A program made the translations under genes and the position numbers. A DNA stretch of 64,000 nucleotides, from the NCBI GenBank assembly GCA_965223265.1, contig OZ244999.1, forward strand, positions 7,904,001 to 7,968,000, read 5' to 3'. The DNA comes from Planctomycetota bacterium. Its GTDB lineage: Bacteria > Planctomycetota > UBA8108 > SXIK01. This document shows, piece by piece, positions 29,501 to 36,500 of the stretch; positions within the stretch are counted from its first letter, which is position 1; the number at the start of each line of letters is the position of its first letter. A model generated the notes under the pieces. That model did not search any database, was not told the DNA's origin, and saw nothing but the letters and a program-made list of their open reading frames with translations.

Positions 29501-30564
29501 AACACGTAGACGTGGTCGGTGACGCTGGTGGCCACCGCGGCGATGCTCTCAAAGACTTGAACCTTGAACTCAGGAGTAAATGGCGGTGACGACTCGTTGG
29601 GGTTTAGTGGGTCGCTGCCGCCGAATACCTCAGGTCCGTCGAGAACTCCGTCGCCGTCCGTGTCGTTCAGTGCCGGGTCCGTACCGACGTCGTTGACCTC
29701 GCTGGCGTCACCGAGGAGATCGTTGTCCGAGTCGTCATCGTTGGGCGCCGTGCCGAGAAGGAATTCCTCAACGTTCGTCAGCCCGTCTTCGTCGAGGTCA
29801 TCGTCGGCATCCGTTGGATCGTCGGGATCAAGTCCAAACGCCACCTCCCACGCGTCGGCGATTCCATCGCCGTCGCTGTCGAGCGCGATGTCGACGACGA
29901 CAAGAAGCTGCGCCGCCTCGCCGTCCGAGAGCACACGAATCCAGGTCGACCCGACACTCTCGGCGGTAACGAGTCCGCTCGGTGAAACGTTCGCCACACT
30001 CGAATCCATCGACTCGAAATCGACTTCCGATCCGAAGCCGAACAGAAGGACGTCGACGTCGACGCCTATTCGCGTTTCGGCAAGCACCGACACCTGCGCT
30101 GTCGCACCCGACGCGCCCAAGGTGATCGTGTTCGTCCCTTCGGGGCCCACCGCGCGCAGGTTGTAGAGCCGCCCGGCCGCCTCCAACCCCGCGGCATCCA
30201 GAGCGGCTTGGAACCCAAACTCGGCGGTGAGACGGAACGTCTCTGTCACCAGCGCCGCCGCGGGTCCAAAGACCGCTCCGACGTGATCGCGCATGTCGAA
30301 ACGGACCCTGAGCGGCACGTCAGTCGGAAGGCTGTCGAGACGATACCCGGGTCCCGAGCCAACGGCCGTGGGGTGAGATGCGGCTGCCGTGGCGTGGAGC
30401 TCGCGGCGCGGTGGACTGAGGCGGACATCGCCCGCTGCGAGCGCGTCAAACGGACTGACATCGTCCTGCGCGACGAGTGGCGTGGTCGGGGCTAGCGAGA
30501 TCATCGCGAGTGCTAGGAACATCGCCTGAGCCGTGGATACTCTCCTCGTACGTCGCATCGTCAT
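26581..30564 (-). CDS. Large secreted protein: Ig-like, bacterial TSP3-like Ca-binding repeats, LVIVD beta-propeller, Ig-like, more TSP3-like repeats, Gly-rich C-terminal domain
   Basis: Signal peptide ending LVA|Q; about 14 D-x-D-x-D-G-type repeats in two clusters; LYVAAGGDGLHVFSLTDP and VYVAHGSAGLFAISAADP blades; GGSHGG...GGGAGGSV...GGGGGGRV. ATG 30564 overlaps the RHS stop. Confidence 0.85.
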   Translation of the reverse strand: MTMRRTRRVSTAQAMFLALAMISLAPTTPLVAQDDVSPFDALAAGDVRLSPPRRELHATAAASHPTAVGSGPGYRLDSLPTDVPLRVRFDMRDHVGAVFGPAAALVTETFRLTAEFGFQAALDAAGLEAAGRLYNLRAVGPEGTNTITLGASGATAQVSVLAETRIGVDVDVLLFGFGSEVDFESMDSSVANVSPSGLVTAESVGSTWIRVLSDGEAAQLLVVVDIALDSDGDGIADAWEVAFGLDPDDPTDADDDLDEDGLTNVEEFLLGTAPNDDDSDNDLLGDASEVNDVGTDPALNDTDGDGVLDGPEVFGGSDPLNPNESSPPFTPEFKVQVFESIAAVATSVTDHVYVLTTTGRLRTRQIVVPLYSVPLRNDQELSGDLRSAAADGEWLYVAAGGDGLHVFSLTDPSVPQFVETRDDLATAEAVVADRGTIYLLTTTQLRVLTRGAGGGLTELDSMSVSGGTRLAVSAPLVYVTRPSANRLLVVDASTPTSIVERQQFALPVAAGPLQDVAATDEFVYVAHGSAGLFAISAADPTDLQVIDTAAPERPGDPADVVAVRGNQLAWHTPNADTLALFYRIEPDGKITPAGSVAANDGGIEQLSFSQEYVVAAESSSFSAVQVLSSGDRAGVAPQGTLELDSERSAFLPGETFALTARASDDVYLERVEFFVDAELRRGDTLPPFTFQDQVALSALPGDVLFVSAVGIDLQGNVAGVGSFALLVDADSDGDGVPDTIDDDVDGDGIDDAEELIPGADGWISDPTKTDTDMDSIDDGEEVVPGSDGFVTDPGLADSDGDGLEDAYEIVSTMTNPELYDTDEDGVDDGSEDPDGDGLTNREEAELGTDPLVPDGDGDGLSDGLELAIGYQPLRADSDGDGVADGDEDADGDGIGNGVEVRLGTSVRDADSDGDGLGDAAEIAVGTNPARFTDFSRQRLELRDTTLALEGPLHVLALSLERSHVTLSDRLCAEVGELVLEVTETLELDDASRIDVSGCGFAACGTDLEAPWCEAKASIAVALPRGVDAPGATTAAGGSHGGPGGRGDSGAPQVAVAGGASDVQRDAFTLDLDSLPFDAFDAPAFPGGGGLPSASATEAFGRRGRGGGVVRIRAGEVHLDGVIAADGDGAPWSQGGGGAGGSVVLECERLSGSGRIVARGGDVVATDAGAPGGGGGGRVLIRCAEWSQFELRRVEARGGVLLEDPARSESVGGAGTIYVVPPGTEPGILVLDQGGDTASLLATHLDVDVTTERAEMFEPGAALTASRLLVVPPALEDQGPDESMVSAQPTLPPLVFERLYLRGNVNAVSRRPVVLLDADGPEELEAAE

Positions 30565-33500
30565 GGGGCGAATCCTTGCTGTGAGTCGCGATCCCGCACC
30601 GGTTGACACGGAATCCCAGACGTCTCGGACGTTTTGCAGTTGAAGCTCGTCGAGGCGGGAGCATGCGAGCGCGGCTGAACTCCGCCTCGTGCGTTCGACG
30701 CGACGCTCGATCGTTCAGCGCTGCCGCCGAGCGGGTAGAGCTCGAAGAGTCGAGCGCGTACATCCGCGCCGGTGATTTCGCAGGGTCCCGCCGCGCCGTC
30801 GAGGCAGGCGCCAAGGATGTCATGCTTCGACACCACGTTCATCCGAAACGGTTCGAGATAATCCGCCTGCAGGCGCCTCGACACGCCACCGAGTCGACCG
30901 GCAAGACCACGAACGCGCGGTTGCAGGTAGGCGTTCAGTCCGAGTCGCGTGGGGAAGACCCCGTCGTCGGGCGTCAGGTAGCGGCCAATCTGTGGATCGA
31001 AATGGCGCGCACCGACGAGGTGCATGCCGACCTCGAAGTCGTGGTAGTGGCTGCCGAACGTGACGACGTTCTCAACGGTCGAGAAAGCCAAAGGAGATCC
31101 CACGGCGTTGCGGACCGTCGGCTTGCCATAAGCGTCATACGCGACGCTCTCGATGATCGCGGCATCGGCGCCGAGGACGGCACTGACGGAGTCGGAGCTG
31201 TCGTGAATCAAAGCCTCGGTGAACGCCGCGCCGGCCTCAGGTCTGAACACGCGGAACGCGGGGCGCCGCTCGACCTCGCCACTTCGCTTGTAGAGCTCCT
31301 CGAAGATGTACTGCCGCACACTGCCACCGCGGCGCTCTTCGATCAAATCGTCTCCGAAATGGAGGAACGCGAGCTCACCGGTGGGCTGGCGGAAATTCAC
31401 TGGAACGATGACGTTCTTGGCAGTGCGACGTCCGCGCCCACGGAAACGCGCGGCGTCGTGGCAGCCATACGCATCGTACTTGCTGCGCGCCACCGACACG
31501 CCGTCGCGCTGAACATCCAGCAGACGACCGAACGCGTCGTACACGAAGTCGACAGCGTCGGTGCCAACGAAATTCCCTGCGCCATCGTAGGTGAAGAATT
31601 CTTCTTCGTCGATGTCGATGTAGAAGTCACGGAGCTCGCTCACAGCGATGCGGACGATCGAAAAATCGACCTCCAAAAAGCGCCAATTGAAGTTCCCGTC
31701 CGTGAAGAAGACGATTTTCTCGAGCGGTGCCGCCGGAGGCGAACGAGGGTTGAAGACGTTGGGAAAAAAGCTCTTGAGGAAATACGTCGAGTCGTAGCGC
31801 CAGACGTCGCCCCTCAGCTCGGCACTGTGCAGCGGCAATTCGTACTCGCGGAAACCACTGCGATCCCGCCCGTACTCGAACGACCGAAGGAGCTCACCGC
31901 CCGCTGTCGAGTACGTGATCTCGACGAGCTCCCCGGCAGCGTCGTACCCGAACATGCGGTCGATCCCATCCCCGTCGGGCCTCACGAAGGCGACGCCGAC
32001 GCCGTTCCACAGCGACTTCTCACGCAAGAGACCGGAACCGAAGTGCCGGTAGCTCGCCAGCGGTACGCTGGAGTCTTCCAAGCCCGTGACGCGGTTGAGG
32101 CTGTCACGTGCCGCCGTGACGACGCGGCCGTCCGGGTAGCGAAGCCAAAGCCGTGCCCCGGTCAAGTTGTGGTGCGCCTCGACGGAGCGGTTGCCGACGA
32201 GCTCCGAGACCACATTGCCAAAGGAATCGTAGGCCACCTGCACACTGGCGTCGTCGCTCTGGTCGTCCGGGTCGTTGTTGTCAAAGAAGAACGTCGGACG
32301 GCCGAGCCCATCGTACTGAAATCGCTGCAGCGTCGTCCCAGAGATGCCTGCCGCGCGTTCGACTCGGCGCTCCACGACACGCCCACCAGCGTCGAAGGTG
32401 TGTTCGAACCGCGTCCCGTTGCCGTCGACGATCGCTCGCACCGTGCCGTCCGCATCACGTTCGTAATCCGCGAACGAGCCGTCTTCCCAAGTCTTTCGCT
32501 GGACACGCCCGGCTGCATTGTAGGTCAAATCGACACGCCGACCCGTGTCGTCGGTCCAAGCGGCAAGCCGGCCGTCGTCGTCGTATTCGTACGTTTCCTC
32601 GATAAGGCCATCACGGTTGAACGGATTGGTCGTATCGAGAGACGCGCCGCCTTCGCCGTCGCGCCGCAGTTCGTGCTGCGCCAACACCGGACGACGGAGA
32701 TTGTCGTAGCGAAACCGCAGTCGATTCCCAGTCGCGTTCAACTGCGCCAGCTGCACGGCGCTCAAAAGCGATTCGTGCGGCGCCAGTTCCGGATCGTTCT
32801 CGACATTGAGCGATGAACCCTTGGCGTCGCTGATCAGGAGGCGATTGCCGGCTGAATCGAACCTCTGGCGCCAGACGCCGCCAGCCGGATCGACCAAGAC
32901 CTTCAAGCGATTCAACTCGTCGAAGATTCGGACGATGTTTTGCGTCTCACGGAACTGCCCACTGACGTCGTAGTCAGGATCGTCAATCCCGGGAGTCGCC
33001 AGCACGTCCGGCGTCAAGAGTTCGCGAACCTCACGCACCGCATTGCCATTGGCGTCGCGTACATACGTGGTCCGGCTCACCCCGCCGCTCCGAGCTTCCT
33101 CGAGGCGGCCAGCTGCATCGTAAGCCCACTCGCTGACACCGGCGGCGGAGTCGTCCTCCCGCACGACGCGATCACTATCGTCGTACCAGAACTGCCGGCG
33201 ATGGCTTTCGGTCACCGGATTCGCCGCCAAGTCAAGAGCGCCGAACCGCCAGGCGACGGACTCCGCCACTCTGCCGCGCGCGTCGTAGCTCGACGCTCCG
33301 CGCTCGAGAAGCACGCGGCCGAAGTCGGTGGGTGCGCCGCCTGTCGCGGCGCCTGTCGGACTTTCGCCGCCGGCAGTGCCGAAGAAGAATTCATCGGTGA
33401 CATGGCCTTCTACATCGCGAGCGAAGAGATGCGTCGACCCGAGCGCATCGACCGCCGCGATGACGCGGCCAAAGCCGTCGCGCACCTCTCGCTTGCGCTC

Positions 33501-36500
33501 TGCTTCGCCATCGCCGTCGAGGTCGGCTGCGTCAATGGTCTCGACGACGCGACCGGCCGCGTCGCGAAGGAACGTCACCGCATCTTCCTCAGGTGAACCT
33601 ACGCCACGTGCGTGCTGAACGACAAGACCGCGTTCATCGTGAGTCCACGCGTCGTTTCGCCCGGCGGCCAGGTTCTGTAGCTCGACCAAGCGGCCAGCCC
33701 GGTTATAGCGTAGTTCCACCGTCACCGATTCCACGACTCCGTCTTCACCGCCGAAGACTTCTCGAACGATTCGTACGGGCCGACCCAGAAGGTCATACTC
33801 GGCGCTGGTCTCGAGCCAACGGTTGTCGCTGACGAGAAAGCTGACACCGGCGTCCGTGGCGCTGAAGTTCTCAAGCTGAACGAGTTCGAGGTGATCGTCG
33901 GCGTCGTAGAGGAACTGTCGACGATATCTCAGCGGCACCGGCAGACGCTCCTCGACGAGCTGGCCGAGGGCGTTGTGAACCAAGAACCGCTCGTTCCCCT
34001 GCGGATCGACAACGCGGGCTAGAAAGCCCCATACATCGTAGTCAAAACTCGTCACCAGTTCGCTCGCGTCTTCAACGATGCGACGCGCCAAGAATCCGCC
34101 GGTCGAGCCGTCAAGGTCGCCGCCTGGTGTTGTGCTACCGTCGCCCTCGGGATCGTTCTCCGGGTGGTACTCGTAGCGTAGGCTGCGGCCGTCCGCGTCC
34201 TCAGTGCGCGTCACTTGACCAAAAGCGTTGAAACGAGTCTGCCTCACAGATTCTGCACTGCTGCCGTCCGGGCGCGGCGTCGGTGGCAGAACCTCCCGCA
34301 CGATGTTGCCGTGCACCAGCACTTCACTACCGTCACCGTTGAGATCACCAAGGCCAAGGGCGACGCCAGCATGAGCCAACGCGGCAGCCATTTGCTCGTC
34401 GCTGGCGCCGGCGATCATCGCCAGCTGCGCGACGGAAGCGCCTTCCTGATAGTCCATGAAAAACGTGCGCCGAAAATCGCCGGCGACAGCACCAGCGGCA
34501 TTACCGCGTGGCGGAACAACTTCGATGGCAACGCCGTAGAGCGGATCGCGTCGGTACGTTTTCACCGCGACCGAAGGCGTTGAATCGAGGCCCAGGCTCG
34601 CTGCGCCCGGGGCCCCATGCCGTTCTTCCCGCACAAGCCCGTTCTGAGCCGAGCGCAACGGGGCACTCTCGTCGTAGGTGAAGACGACCCGCTCACCGCC
34701 CGGATCAGTGCGAGCCAAGAGAAGACCTTCGCGGCTCCACTGCCAGCGCGTCGCATAGAATGGCGGCGCCACTCCGGGAGGCGGCTGCGCGCGCGAAGGA
34801 TCCCGCGGCCGCACAGCGTCAAGCGTCGGCGATGTTATGACGCGCTCCTCGAGCGGTAGACCGGCGCCGCTCCACGTGAACTCGGTCACGAAACCCTCGT
34901 CAGTGGTGATCGTCGTCATACCCTGAGCGCCGAGAAGAAACGATTCCAGTTCAGCCGCGCTGTCGCTCTCCGCGCCAGAGGAGCCGCCACCAAAGAGTTC
35001 ATACGCGAACTCCACTGAACCTGAGACCGCGACACCGGAATCGTTGGTGCCGCCCCACTGCTGAGTGACGACGCGGTCGAACGCCGCCGCGCTGGGGTCG
35101 TCCTCATAGAGAACGGTCACTCGGGGTAGATCGGTGGACGACGTTTGACGCGGATCGATGATCTGCGTCAGGTTATGGTTGGATCGCTCGTCGGCAAAGC
35201 CGGTCGTATAGATGTACTCGGTGCGCTTACCGGCCGGAAAGTCGTTTCCAGATGGCGTCCCGACCACTGCCGGGCGTGTCACCGCAACCAAGTCACCACG
35301 AGAGTCGTACTCAAACACGACGCTGCGGCCAGTAAAGTCGGTGACCGATTCCACGCGTCCACGACTATCGTGCTGGTAGACGATCGTACGCCCCAGCGTG
35401 TCACGCACAGTATCGATCAAGCCGTCGCCACCACGCGCGAAGGTTAACTGGTTGCCACTACGATCGCTGATCGATTCCAAACGGCCGGCGGTCCCTGTCG
35501 CGTCCAGCGGGTGGTAGCGATAGCGTGTGCCGTCCGACAATCGTTCGACATAAAAACCTTCCGAATCGACGAAAAGTCGGGCGAATACACCGATCGGCGA
35601 CACGAAGCTGCCGCTCGAGCTGTCGAGAAGAAACTCGTCGAAGCGGCCGGCGCCGTCAGCGCGCACCACGTTGCCCGGCACAAAAGCTGAGAGCAGACGG
35701 CGATCCTCATACTCGTGCTCCCAGTTGTGACCGAGCGAAGCTTCGAAACGATGGCGACTCTCGTAGCGCCGGCGCAGTCGATACGGCAGCCCCCGACCGG
35801 GGATCTCGAGGTCGATCTCGTCGAGATAGAACTCTCCGGAGTGAGAATAGACCTGAAAACCCGCGACGTGCGAGGCGGAGCGCGCGCCGACTTCATTCCA
35901 GCCGGGCCGGGCGAATCGAAAACCACCGCTCACCGAGCCGACCTCGCCAAGGGGCGGGCCGCGGCGCGAAGCGATGTAAAAGCCGCCCGTCGACACTTGC
36001 GCAGAATCCAACAGTCGCACGGCAAGACGATCGTCGCTCACCAGACCTGGCTGCATCTCCACGAAGCCGCCGTGCGCGGCACGATACTCGAAGAGCGGCA
36101 CCAGCTCGCCGGCGCGCGCGTGGAGTTGTGGTAACGCGAGCTCGAGCCCGGTCAGCTGCACTTGCACCGGGAGGATCGAAATCGCGCCGAGCGGATGCAG
36201 CGCGTCCGACACGCGACCCGGCAAGGCGTCGAGATGCGGCGCGCTGAGCGCGATCGTCATCGCGTCGGCGCCGCCTGGGAGCGTCGCGCCGCCAGCGGCG
36301 AGCTCGAACCTCAGCCCCGGCACCGCTTCGAGGGTGGCGAGAACGTCGCGCCCCGGAAAGAGCGAGACGCTCCTGCGCCGCGGCGAATCCACTTGGCTAC
36401 GCTCGAGTGACAGCTGTCCGACCCAATTGGACCGGCCCGCAATGGTCTCGGCGCGAAACCGCGACCCGAACGTCTCGGTGGGGTCTCCGACTTCCACCAA

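Noticed and set aside
30603-32816. 737-aa plus-strand ORF
   Set aside because: Antisense to the RHS core; long shadow ORFs are expected at this GC content.
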